Assembly (NCBI GenBank): GCA_944358875.1
Contig: CALVRZ010000002.1
Location: 1 to 58,432 of the forward strand
DNA: 58,432 nucleotides
Direction: 5' to 3'
From: an uncultured Bacilli bacterium
GTDB lineage: Bacteria; Bacillota_I; Bacilli_A; RF39; UBA660
The notes beneath the pieces were generated by a model that saw only the letters and a list, made by a program, of their open reading frames with translations, made no database searches and was not told where the DNA came from. Below, piece after piece: positions 20,145 to 29,224 of this stretch (its first letter is position 1; every line of letters starts with the position of its first letter). Position numbers and translations under genes: made by a program.

Positions 20145-21491
20145 ATGGATAAGAAAAAAATAATAATTGGGTTAATTTTGGTAATGGGCGCTATAGCTTT
20201 AGGAAGTACTCTAGCATGGTGGACATGGAGTACTAGTAGTAATGAACAAACTAATGTAGTAGTAACAGTTGGTGGTATTACCATTAATTATGAAGATGGA
20301 GAAAATATTACGAATAATAATTTAATACCTACTAGTACCAAAGAAAAAGGTATTAGTAAGAATATTACCGTTAGTAGTACGGGACAAGTATATTTAGATT
20401 TAAATATGGCTGTAGTAACTTTAGATGATGGATTGAAAGATGCTTCGTTTAAATATGAAATATACAATGGTAGTAATTTAGTAACCGGAGGAAACTTTGC
20501 TAATAGTAATGCAGGAGATAACATAGTATTACTAAGTGGAGTAGAAGTAACCAGTAGTCCTACAACATATACATTGTATATCTGGATCGATGGTAATATG
20601 TCTAATCCAAATACAATGTATAATCAGAACTTTGAACTTAGATTAAATGCGGAAGCAACAGATGAGAAACCTCTTACTGGTGCAGATACAATAACAAATA
20701 TTTATACAACTGCTGATGAAACAGAAGTAGTTAATAATGGTGTAACTTATAATTATGCAACCGAAGTAGGAATGATGGAAGATATTGGAGGCAATATTAG
20801 ATATTATGGAGCAGATCCTAATAACTATGTAACATTTAATAATGAATTATGGCGAATAATAGGTGTATTTAATAATATAGATGATGGAACAGGAAAGAAA
20901 GAAACAAGAATAAAAATAGCAAGAAGTGAGAGTATAGGTAATTATGTTTGGGATGATAATGAAAATGAATGGTCTACAGCTACATTACAAACTTATTTAA
21001 ATGGAACTTATCTAAATAGCTTATCTACTGAATCCCAAGCAATGATAGGTAATGCTAAATGGAATTTAGAAGGTAGTTCTCTATATAAAGGATTATATGC
21101 CAATGATTATTATACATTTGAAAGAGGAACAACGGTATATTCTGGAAGAAGTACTGAATGGACAGGAAAAATAGCTTTAATGTATGCATCTGATTATATG
21201 TATGCAGGAGATTTGTCTAAATGTAGTTTAGATGGATATAACTGGGATTCTGATCAAACAAACTGTCGTGATACCTCATGGCTTAGAAATACGAGCACTT
21301 CCCAATGGACCCTTACTCCGAGCTCCCGTTACTCCCCCTGGTGCGTCTTTTACGTGTATGATTCTGGTGATGTCGACAGCTACAACTACGTCTCGAATTC
21401 TTACGCTTCCCGCCCAGTCCTTTATCTAAACTCTGATGTTACAATAACTGGAGGAGATGGCAGTTCTGGAAATCCATTTACGTTAGGATAA
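20145..21491 (+). CDS. Secreted protein with a TasA/camelysin-like N-terminal signal-anchor and a C-terminal lectin-like domain ending ...SRPVLYL
   Basis: The N-terminus is KKKIIIGLILVMGAIALGSTLAWWTW. The C-terminal region has W/Y-rich motifs. Its last ~160 nt before the tail are compositionally aberrant. Confidence 0.6.
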   Translation: MDKKKIIIGLILVMGAIALGSTLAWWTWSTSSNEQTNVVVTVGGITINYEDGENITNNNLIPTSTKEKGISKNITVSSTGQVYLDLNMAVVTLDDGLKDASFKYEIYNGSNLVTGGNFANSNAGDNIVLLSGVEVTSSPTTYTLYIWIDGNMSNPNTMYNQNFELRLNAEATDEKPLTGADTITNIYTTADETEVVNNGVTYNYATEVGMMEDIGGNIRYYGADPNNYVTFNNELWRIIGVFNNIDDGTGKKETRIKIARSESIGNYVWDDNENEWSTATLQTYLNGTYLNSLSTESQAMIGNAKWNLEGSSLYKGLYANDYYTFERGTTVYSGRSTEWTGKIALMYASDYMYAGDLSKCSLDGYNWDSDQTNCRDTSWLRNTSTSQWTLTPSSRYSPWCVFYVYDSGDVDSYNYVSNSYASRPVLYLNSDVTITGGDGSSGNPFTLG

Positions 21492-21713
21492 GGATAAACT
21501 AACTATAATAAGAGAAATATAGAAGGCGTAAGTCTTCTATTTCTCATCCTAGGGGATGGTGTATAATCTAGTGTGTAAATTAAAAAAGCACACTAGATTA
21601 TACACCATCTAAGGGGCTTAATCTGAGGGACGCCATGCGATAAAGCAAAAAAAATGATTGTTTAATTAGTAATTTTATGCTATACTAGATGTAATGAATA
21701 GAGGAGGTATACA

Positions 21714-23291
21714 ATGACGTTTGAAGAGTATATGGCTAGTATTAGAGAAGATGTATTAAGATATAGACAAATGACTAATGAACTATATATTAAAAGAGAG
21801 AAGAGTAGAGAAGAATTAGATGATTATGCTAATCTTAATAAACAAGTATTAGATAAAATTAGTGAGTTAAGAAATGCTAGTGATAGTGAAGCTAAAGAAG
21901 AACTTGAAAGTTGGTTAAAGGAAGAAAGTGATTATGTTGCTTTAATTAGAACTTTATCAGATAATTTTATGGCCATTAATAAGGAGATTAATGATATTAA
22001 TAATGAACACTATAATAAGATAGTGATGTATTTAGATTTATTAGATGAAAGAGATAGTATTAGAAGAGAGATTTTTGATATAGAGAAAGCTTCTTTAGAA
22101 TTAGATGAAAATTATGTACCTTGTTTAGATATAAATGAAAATAAGAATTTTATTCATTATGATTTTGCTAAACGTTATGTATGGTTAGTTAGTCGTGAGA
22201 AAGAAATTGATAGTCATTTATATGATTTAGGTAAAGAGATTTATAATGGTGAGAAGTTAGAAGAAGATAATACTAATGAAATTTCAGTGGTACAGAAACC
22301 TGATGATAATGCTCCTTTAACGCAAGATATTATTTTCTATAATAATAAGATTAATGAGATATTAAAGGGTAGAGGCCGCAAATGTAGAGTTAAGTATCAT
22401 GGTAATGTCTTTGAAATACCTAGAGCTAAGAGAGGAGCTTTTCTTAACTATATGCATAGACTTGATGTGCTTATGAAGAAAAGTGATGATTTAAATAAAC
22501 GAGAAGTTGTTGATAAGCAAGAAGAACAAACTAAGGCTTTAGTGGTTGTAAATAACGATAAGAAAGAAGATAAAGCTCTTACAATTGTTAAGAAGAGAAA
22601 GCCTGAAAAAGGTGTGGTTAAGAAGATTAGATCATTTATTAAGAGAAATAAAGCAATGATTGCCGCGGCAGTGATGACGATTGTAGTGGTGGCTAATGGT
22701 TTATTTAGTCTTCCTGTGAAAGGCGTTGATAAAAGTAAAGTCAATGATGATAATAAGACAACTACTTCTTCAATGAGCAGTCAGGATGCAATGGATTTAT
22801 TTAAAGATACTTTACCTTACGATGTTCCTGAGATTGGAGATTTGGATGAGATAATCGCGGAAGTAAAAGCAGAAGAAAATAAAGAACAAGCAAAGATGGA
22901 TACGAATGATATTAGAATTGGTAATACTGTTACAATTAATGATAATGCTCGTATTTATGTTACGGCAATGGATGCTATTAATGAGATTAATCAATATCGT
23001 CCAAGAGAAGAAAATACTGGTAAGGATAGAGTAGTTACAGGTGTTACGGTCGATGTAGAAGGTAATAGAGTTAATCTTTTTGCTAATCAAGAAAATGTTA
23101 ATGAACAAATTGATACTTTAGTAAATGGAGGAGGTAAGATTGTTTCGGTTCTTACTTCAATTAAAGATGATTTACCTGAATTTAATGAGGGTAGTATGTT
23201 AAGTGCTAATGAAATTAATGATAAGTCAGAAGGTTTTTATAATATCAATAGTGTTAATGTGAATACGATGGAAAGGATGCATGTAAGATAA
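21714..23291 (+). CDS. Hypothetical bitopic membrane protein (coiled-coil N-terminal half, one TM helix, extracytoplasmic C-terminal domain)
   Basis: GAGGAGG RBS precedes the start. The TM segment is MIAAAVMTIVVVANGLFSLPV. No catalytic motif was recognised. Confidence 0.6.
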   Translation: MTFEEYMASIREDVLRYRQMTNELYIKREKSREELDDYANLNKQVLDKISELRNASDSEAKEELESWLKEESDYVALIRTLSDNFMAINKEINDINNEHYNKIVMYLDLLDERDSIRREIFDIEKASLELDENYVPCLDINENKNFIHYDFAKRYVWLVSREKEIDSHLYDLGKEIYNGEKLEEDNTNEISVVQKPDDNAPLTQDIIFYNNKINEILKGRGRKCRVKYHGNVFEIPRAKRGAFLNYMHRLDVLMKKSDDLNKREVVDKQEEQTKALVVVNNDKKEDKALTIVKKRKPEKGVVKKIRSFIKRNKAMIAAAVMTIVVVANGLFSLPVKGVDKSKVNDDNKTTTSSMSSQDAMDLFKDTLPYDVPEIGDLDEIIAEVKAEENKEQAKMDTNDIRIGNTVTINDNARIYVTAMDAINEINQYRPREENTGKDRVVTGVTVDVEGNRVNLFANQENVNEQIDTLVNGGGKIVSVLTSIKDDLPEFNEGSMLSANEINDKSEGFYNINSVNVNTMERMHVR

Positions 23292-23545
23292 TGGAATTAG
23301 AATTATATGATATTATTACTTTGAGTAATAATAAAGAATATACGATTTTGAGAATGATTGAAGAAGAAGATGGTAATACTTATTTTTTGCTAGCTTTAAT
23401 GAATGGTGATGAACCTACTGATACTTTAGAAATTGTTCGTTATGTTAAGAATGATGATGAAGAGAGAATTGAAATGATCGAGGATGAAGATAAACTTAAT
23501 TTACTTAAAGAAGATTTTATGCAATTATTAGATGAAGATATGTAA
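23291..23545 (+). CDS. Small acidic protein, DUF1292-like
   Basis: The pattern ITL.D..G.E.....L......G..YFLL resembles DUF1292. Its start overlaps the upstream stop (TAATGG). Confidence 0.5.
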   Translation: MELELYDIITLSNNKEYTILRMIEEEDGNTYFLLALMNGDEPTDTLEIVRYVKNDDEERIEMIEDEDKLNLLKEDFMQLLDEDM

Positions 23546-23592
23546 GTGTATCTTCTTTTCTTTTGGCGCATAAAATATACTAGGTGATAAAG

Positions 23593-24144
23593 ATGGATTA
23601 TAGAATATTAGTTAATAAAACTAATAGTATCTCCAAAGATTTTAAACCTGATTATTTAGTTAATGCACAGAGTAAATATAAGGATGATATATTACTTGAG
23701 GAAGAAACTTTGCATAGTTTTCGTAAACTGCAAGAAGAGGCATTACAATTTGGTTATCAGATTGATATTATGAGTGGGTATCGCTCTTTTGATTATCAAG
23801 ATAAAATATATAATGATTTGGTTAAGGAAAAAGGATTTAATTATGCACTTAGGGCTATTGCTAAACCAGGGTGTAGTGAACATCAGACGGGACTGGCTCT
23901 TGATTTTTGTGTCTATGATAATGATAAGTGTTATGTTGAACATGAGATATTAAATTTTCCAGCGACAAAATGGGTACATAGTAATTGTCATAAATATGGT
24001 TTCATTGTAAGGTATCCCATGGACAAAGAAGAAATTACTAGTTATAATTATGAACCATGGCATTTGAGATATGTTGGGGATTTGGCTTTATATTTATATA
24101 ATAATGATAAGACTTTGGAAGAGTATTATTTAGAAAAGGAATAA
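23593..24144 (+). CDS. D-alanyl-D-alanine carboxypeptidase, VanY/M15B family
   Basis: It carries the SGYRSFDYQ, SEHQTGLALD and EPWHLRYVG motifs. Confidence 0.88.
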   Translation: MDYRILVNKTNSISKDFKPDYLVNAQSKYKDDILLEEETLHSFRKLQEEALQFGYQIDIMSGYRSFDYQDKIYNDLVKEKGFNYALRAIAKPGCSEHQTGLALDFCVYDNDKCYVEHEILNFPATKWVHSNCHKYGFIVRYPMDKEEITSYNYEPWHLRYVGDLALYLYNNDKTLEEYYLEKE

Positions 24145-24218
24145 TTTTATTTCTTTTTTGCTTTATCTGATGGTAAGTAGTGTATAATATTTATATAAAA
24201 GGAGGCTAAGATGTAATA

Positions 24219-24551
24219 ATGTTTGAAAGAGATATTGAGTCATATTTTGATGGGGTATTAGAAAATATAGATATTATATTGGATAATGGTTTCTATAAGG
24301 ATGAAGATAAAGAAGGACTTAAATATGTTAAATTAAAAATTAAAGATTGGTATAAAATTTATAAGGGAAAAAATATACTTAAGGGTATTGATCCTGATGA
24401 ACTTAAAAAGATTGATTTGGAAATAACTGATTTTTTTGATAAGTATGTTGCTACTGAATCTGTTAAGGAAAATTATGCTGAAAGGTTATTATTTGATTTG
24501 GGACAATTAGAAACGAAATGGAAAGATGAAATGTTGGGAGGTAATTTATAA
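24219..24551 (+). CDS. Hypothetical small acidic protein
   Basis: The ORF has an AAGGAGG RBS. No motif was recognised. Confidence 0.5.
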   Translation: MFERDIESYFDGVLENIDIILDNGFYKDEDKEGLKYVKLKIKDWYKIYKGKNILKGIDPDELKKIDLEITDFFDKYVATESVKENYAERLLFDLGQLETKWKDEMLGGNL

Positions 24552-24678
24552 TTATTTGGGATATTATATTTTTAATAATAAAAAATTACACCTAAAATGG
24601 AACAAAGGACTTGAATTATTAGAATAAAAGTTTATAATTGTAAATAAGAAAGAAAATAGATTTAAAGTGGGTGAATAT

Positions 24679-25020
24679 ATGATTAATAGAAAATTGATTA
24701 GTGATTTTGCTAATATTATTGGTAATTTGAGAATTGCTATTGATTTGGATTCATTAAAAGAAGTAAAAAAAGATTATGAAATGGTACTTAATGAATTATT
24801 GAAATGGGTTAATTATTATTATGTAAACAAAAATTTAGATATAGTTACGCATGATGATTCATTAAGAATACATGATTTATTAGATAATATAAGAAATGAG
24901 TTAATATTTAATAAAAATATTGGAATGGAAGCAATGTTATCTGATGATATTTTGATTAGGTATGAGGTAATTATTAAGATGATAAATAATGAAAGGAGTC
25001 ATAAAAATGGGAAGAGATGA
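24679..25020 (+). CDS. Hypothetical small helical protein
   Basis: The ORF shows coherent codon usage. No motif was recognised. Confidence 0.45.
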   Translation: MINRKLISDFANIIGNLRIAIDLDSLKEVKKDYEMVLNELLKWVNYYYVNKNLDIVTHDDSLRIHDLLDNIRNELIFNKNIGMEAMLSDDILIRYEVIIKMINNERSHKNGKR

Positions 25021-25585
25021 ATATGGACATTATATTAACGATGAAGGAGTAGAAATAAGAGTATCTACAGATAAAAATGGGAAAGATCATATTGATATAT
25101 ATGATAGTTGCCCAGCTGAAAATCCTGACCATAGTTCTATTCATATAAATATAGATACAGATACAGGTAAAGGAAAAATTGTTGATACCACAAGTGGTGA
25201 AAAGGAAGAGACTGATACACAATGTTATTTAACAACGGCGTGTATGAAATTTTTTCAGGATAGATTTGATGATGATTGTTATGAGTTAAATGTTCTTAGA
25301 TGGTTTAGAGATAATTTTGTTTCAAAAGAAGATATAGCACATTATTATAGTGTTGCACCTATAATTGTTGAAACCATTAATAATGATGAAAAACAAGATG
25401 TTATTTATGATTATATATATGACAATGTAGTGGAATACTGTGTTAAACAAATTGAACAAGGTAATTATGATGCAGCATACAATAGATATAAAAATAGTGT
25501 ATTAGTATTGGAAGAACAATTTGTTAGACCTAAACTTGGTAGTAGATTAGTAAAAGTATTAAGATTAATAAATGGTAATTTATAA
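25007..25585 (+). CDS. Hypothetical protein with a Cys-containing C-terminal domain (CYLTTACM...DDCYELNVLRWFRDNF)
   Basis: AAAGGAG RBS precedes the ATG at 25007. The CxxTTAC...C.EL..LR.FRD motif recurs in many small Firmicutes proteins of unknown function. Confidence 0.55.
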   Translation: MGRDEYGHYINDEGVEIRVSTDKNGKDHIDIYDSCPAENPDHSSIHINIDTDTGKGKIVDTTSGEKEETDTQCYLTTACMKFFQDRFDDDCYELNVLRWFRDNFVSKEDIAHYYSVAPIIVETINNDEKQDVIYDYIYDNVVEYCVKQIEQGNYDAAYNRYKNSVLVLEEQFVRPKLGSRLVKVLRLINGNL

Positions 25586-25675
25586 TTATTTATATTATAT
25601 ATTAAAATATGTAGTTAATGTTTAAGAGTATTATTTAGAAAAGGAATAATTTTATTTCTTTTTTTTCATTTTTAC

Positions 25676-25704
25676 TTGACATGTGTATAAAATACACATA
25701 TAAT
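25676..25704 (+). promoter_or_regulatory. Consensus sigma-A promoter whose 17-nt spacer is a perfect palindromic operator (TGTGTATAAAATACACA)
   Basis: TTGACA is at 25676-81, the palindrome at 25682-98 and TATAAT at 25699-704. The same 17-mer recurs at 26426-26442. Confidence 0.75.
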
Positions 25705-25721
25705 ATAATTAGGTGGTGGAT

Positions 25722-26399
25722 ATGGAAGTAAATAATCCTTTATATAGAAGACAAGGTATTCATGCGATTGCATCGATATTTACAGTCGATAAGGGAGAAG
25801 TTAAGGTATTGCTTATTAAAAGAAATAATGAACCTTATAAAGATATGTGGGCACTCGTGGGAGGTGCTATTCATAATGATGAAGATTTAGAGGTTGGTCT
25901 TAAAAGAGAAGTTAAGGAAAAGACAGGAATTAACTTGGAGCATTATTTTTTAGCTAATGTGTTTGGTAAAGTTAATAGAAGCCCGGTGATGCGAATGGTT
26001 GCTATTAGTTATATTGGTGTTATTGATAGAGATAAGGTATCTTTAGTAAAGGAAACATTAAAGACTAATGATGCTGATTGGTTTAGTATCGATAAGTTAC
26101 CTAGAAAGTTAGCATATGATCATGAAGAGATACTTAAAGATAGTATTATTAAATTAGCTAAATTAATCGGGGAGACTAATATACTAAAAACATTATTACC
26201 TGATTGTTTTACGATGCCGGAGTTACAGAAAGTGTATGAAGTTATTTTAAAAAAAGAGATAGATCGAAGAAATTTTCGAAAGAGAATGCTTACTTTAGGG
26301 TTGATTGAAGATACGGGTAAGATGAGAAAAGAAGATAATAAGAAAGCAACTAAATTATATTGTTTTACGGATAAAGTTATGGATAAAAATGTATTTTAA
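25722..26399 (+). CDS. NrtR-like Nudix-domain transcriptional regulator (Nudix domain plus C-terminal winged helix)
   Basis: The Nudix box GGAIHNDEDLEVGLKREVKEKTGI is partly degenerate (EE replaced by EK). The C-terminal FTMPELQKVYEVILKKEIDRRNFRKRM matches the NrtR wHTH pattern. Confidence 0.7.
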   Translation: MEVNNPLYRRQGIHAIASIFTVDKGEVKVLLIKRNNEPYKDMWALVGGAIHNDEDLEVGLKREVKEKTGINLEHYFLANVFGKVNRSPVMRMVAISYIGVIDRDKVSLVKETLKTNDADWFSIDKLPRKLAYDHEEILKDSIIKLAKLIGETNILKTLLPDCFTMPELQKVYEVILKKEIDRRNFRKRMLTLGLIEDTGKMRKEDNKKATKLYCFTDKVMDKNVF

Positions 26400-26425
26400 T
26401 AATACGTTTTTATATAGATAATAAA

Positions 26426-26442
26426 TGTGTATAAAATACACA
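26426..26442 (+). promoter_or_regulatory. Second copy of the 17-bp palindromic operator
   Basis: TGTGTATAAAATACACA is identical to 25682-25698. It lies just upstream of the RBS of the next gene. Confidence 0.65.
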
Positions 26443-26456
26443 AGATGGAGGAAGAT

Positions 26457-27308
26457 ATGAATATAATTGATGAGATTAAAGAAAGAGAAAAGATGTATAA
26501 GAAGGGAAAAAGTGATGCTATTAGTAATGAAAGTGCAATAACAAAATGGGGGGATGTTAGAAGGAATAGTTTATTCTATAAGACATATGTTAGTATTGAT
26601 TATTTTAAAGATTTTATGGCAAAGAAATTTCCTGATTTGGAATTAGTACGAATTATTAGTATTACAACTGATTATATACCAATGTATCAAGACGCTATTT
26701 GGAATAATAAATATAAAGTTGAATATGCAATGATGAGTAAACAAAGTATTGAGATGTTAATGGAGAAAGAAAAGGGTTTAGTTTTTAAGGATAATAAGAG
26801 TTATATTATGGTTTGCCAATATAGTTGCTATACAAAGAAAAATTCTAAAAGAGATGAGCTATTAACGATGTGTCCTATTATTATTTTATATAGTAGTAGT
26901 TATGCTGATGAAGGACGGATAAGAGAAATTAATAAATATTTATTAAAAGAAGTAACTGATGCTACATTTCCTGAAAAAATTTCTTTATATCCTGAGGGGA
27001 CATATGATAGTGATAAGAAAGATAAAACAAGATTCTTACTTTATGCTAATAATCCGGTTGTTTCACAAAAGAGTCTTGATAATATTTGTATGGCTATGTT
27101 AAGGGAACTTAATAAAGATGCTGATAAGGGGATTAGTAAAGAGATATTTATTTATGAAAATATTAGAAAGAAATTACTTGAGGGTAGTGTCCTTAATAAT
27201 GATGAATGGGAAGTTGTCTTAAAATTTTTAAATAGTGAAGAAGATAGAATTAGAAATAAGCATACACTACTTAAGAGAAGTTTAATTAAAATGGTGGGTA
27301 TGAAATGA
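26457..27308 (+). CDS. Hypothetical protein (283 aa) in the NrtR-like operon
   Basis: GGAGGA RBS precedes the start. No motif was recognised. It overlaps the next gene by ATGA. Confidence 0.6.
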   Translation: MNIIDEIKEREKMYKKGKSDAISNESAITKWGDVRRNSLFYKTYVSIDYFKDFMAKKFPDLELVRIISITTDYIPMYQDAIWNNKYKVEYAMMSKQSIEMLMEKEKGLVFKDNKSYIMVCQYSCYTKKNSKRDELLTMCPIIILYSSSYADEGRIREINKYLLKEVTDATFPEKISLYPEGTYDSDKKDKTRFLLYANNPVVSQKSLDNICMAMLRELNKDADKGISKEIFIYENIRKKLLEGSVLNNDEWEVVLKFLNSEEDRIRNKHTLLKRSLIKMVGMK

Positions 27309-27862
27309 TTTATTTAATGCGACATGGTAAGGATGATGAAAGGTATGTTGGGGGATATTCTGATGTTGATCTAACAAGAGAAGGTCAAAGGCAGGTATTA
27401 GATAGTGCTTTATGGTTAAAAAAGAATGATGTTGATGTGACGAGAATTTATAGTAGTGATGTGAGAAGAGCGGTTAGTAGTGCTAATATTGTTAGTAGTA
27501 TTTTACATAAGAAGGTTATAATAGATAGTAATTTAAGAGAACTTGATAAGGGGATTCTTAATGGGATGTTGGTTAAGAAAGCATTAGTAGACTATCCAGA
27601 ATATTTTAATGATGTTAAGATTGGGACGGTTTATCCAAAGGGGGAGAGTATGATAATGTTTTATAAAAGGGTAGTTAAATGGTTAGATAAGGTTAAGGAT
27701 TATGATAATTCATTAATTGTTACACATCGGGGATTTATTAATATGATATATTTTTATTTGAATAATATAGAGTTATCGATGGATAAGGAACAATTTGATG
27801 TAACTCATGCTTCTATTCATATGTTAGATATTAATAAGAAGAAGATAAGGAGGATTAAGTAA
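27305..27862 (+). CDS. Histidine phosphatase (PGAM/CobC-like) family protein
   Basis: It has the N-terminal LMRHGK (RHG) motif and a later VTHRGFI motif. Confidence 0.8.
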   Translation: MIYLMRHGKDDERYVGGYSDVDLTREGQRQVLDSALWLKKNDVDVTRIYSSDVRRAVSSANIVSSILHKKVIIDSNLRELDKGILNGMLVKKALVDYPEYFNDVKIGTVYPKGESMIMFYKRVVKWLDKVKDYDNSLIVTHRGFINMIYFYLNNIELSMDKEQFDVTHASIHMLDINKKKIRRIK

Positions 27863-28968
27863 TGATAGCTTTAAAAGTTGTTTTAACGGGAGGTCCTTGT
27901 GCGGGAAAAAGTACAGGAATTAGTAAGGTTAGTAAACATCTTAGAGAGTTAGGATATACGGTTTATATTGCCCACGAGAGTGCGACCAAATTGATTAATC
28001 AAGGTATTAAACCTTTTGGGAATAATAAAATTGATATGCTTACATTTCAGGAAATGGTATTAAATCAACAAATGGCAATGGAAAAAATATACGAGTTAGT
28101 AGCTAAGAGTAAAGATGAAAAATGTGTTATTATATGTGACCGGGGAATAATGGATAATGCTTCTTTTATTGGGAAAGATGATTTTGATGATTTGTTAAAG
28201 AGATATCATTTATCCGTTAATAAAGTACTATCTAGTTATGATATGGTTATTCATTTAGTAACGACAGCTGATGGTGCGATAGAAAACTATACTTTACTTA
28301 ATAATCAAGCTAGAAGTGAGAATGCCGAAGAAGCAAGAGAACAAGATATGAGACTTAGAAAATGTTGGAGTGGTCATAATAACATGAAAATAGTGGGTAA
28401 CTATGGTGACTTTGATGATAAGATGGATAAAGTAATTAGTTATATTGATAATTATTTAGGTATTCCTGATACGATGAGAGTACAAAGGAAATTTTTAGTA
28501 GAGAAGAATGATGAATTGTTAAATTATCTTGAAGGTAATGCGCAAAAAATAGTGATTAAGAATATTTATTTTAAAGGTGATGTTGAAAAAAGAGTTAAAA
28601 TTACTAATATTGATGGGGATTTATGTTATTATTATACGGAACAAATAAAAGGATCTAATGGTGTTTCTTCAATTATTAAAGAGAAAGTGATTAATGAAAA
28701 TGATTTCTATAGATTAATTAGTAAAGAAGGTGTTTATGATAGTATTCAGAAAATAAGATATGCAATAATTTGTGATAAGCAGAAATATCAAGTAGATGTA
28801 TATGATGATATGGTTATTTTAGAAGTTGATGTGACATTACAAGATATTGATATTAAAGTACTAGATGAGTTTAATATCTTAAAAGAAGTAACGGGGGAAG
28901 ATGATTATTTGAATGTTAATTTAGCTAGAAAAAGAGAAATGGCAATGGTTAAGAAAAAGAAATTATAA
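27862..28968 (+). CDS. P-loop NTPase/kinase (NadR ribosylnicotinamide-kinase-like AAA_28) fused to a C-terminal CYTH-like domain
   Basis: Walker A is GGPCAGKST and the Walker B-like stretch is VIICDRG. The C-terminal half starting VQRKFLV has alternating beta-strand charges like CYTH; this domain call is tentative. Confidence 0.6.
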   Translation: MIALKVVLTGGPCAGKSTGISKVSKHLRELGYTVYIAHESATKLINQGIKPFGNNKIDMLTFQEMVLNQQMAMEKIYELVAKSKDEKCVIICDRGIMDNASFIGKDDFDDLLKRYHLSVNKVLSSYDMVIHLVTTADGAIENYTLLNNQARSENAEEAREQDMRLRKCWSGHNNMKIVGNYGDFDDKMDKVISYIDNYLGIPDTMRVQRKFLVEKNDELLNYLEGNAQKIVIKNIYFKGDVEKRVKITNIDGDLCYYYTEQIKGSNGVSSIIKEKVINENDFYRLISKEGVYDSIQKIRYAIICDKQKYQVDVYDDMVILEVDVTLQDIDIKVLDEFNILKEVTGEDDYLNVNLARKREMAMVKKKKL

Positions 28969-29092
28969 TCTGAAAGGTGATTGGTTGGAGAATTTATTTT
29001 TTAGATAATGAAAAATGTCAGAAATTGACGATTAGTAGTTAGATAATAAAATCTTTTTACATGTTAAAATAAGTATGTAAAGGGATGATAAA

Positions 29093-29224
29093 ATGAAAAA
29101 GAAAATATTTATTGGTATTGGATTTGTTATTATGTTCGTGATGTTAGTTAATATTTTTCAATTTGTAATTTCAGACGATCAGTTTGTTTTACTTCATAGT
29201 TATAATGATATGGGAAATAGATAG
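29093..29224 (+). CDS. 43-aa small membrane protein (MKKKIFIGIGFVIMFVMLVNIF...)
   Basis: AAGGGA RBS lies 7 nt upstream. The N-terminus is hydrophobic. A terminator hairpin AGTATCA/TGATACT with a T-run is at about 29237-29270. Confidence 0.45.
   Translation: MKKKIFIGIGFVIMFVMLVNIFQFVISDDQFVLLHSYNDMGNR

Noticed and set aside
21232-21429. A 65-aa plus-strand ORF in an alternative frame inside the lectin-like gene.
   Set aside because: It coincides exactly with the GC-rich patch, where stop codons are rare by composition. It has no RBS. It is regarded as a by-product of the compositional anomaly.
20145-23291. A complete diversity-generating retroelement was considered (target, template repeat and reverse transcriptase).
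   Set aside because: No ORF in the window has RT motifs, and I could not find an A-rich copy of the variable-region-like patch. Only the target-like anomaly is reported.
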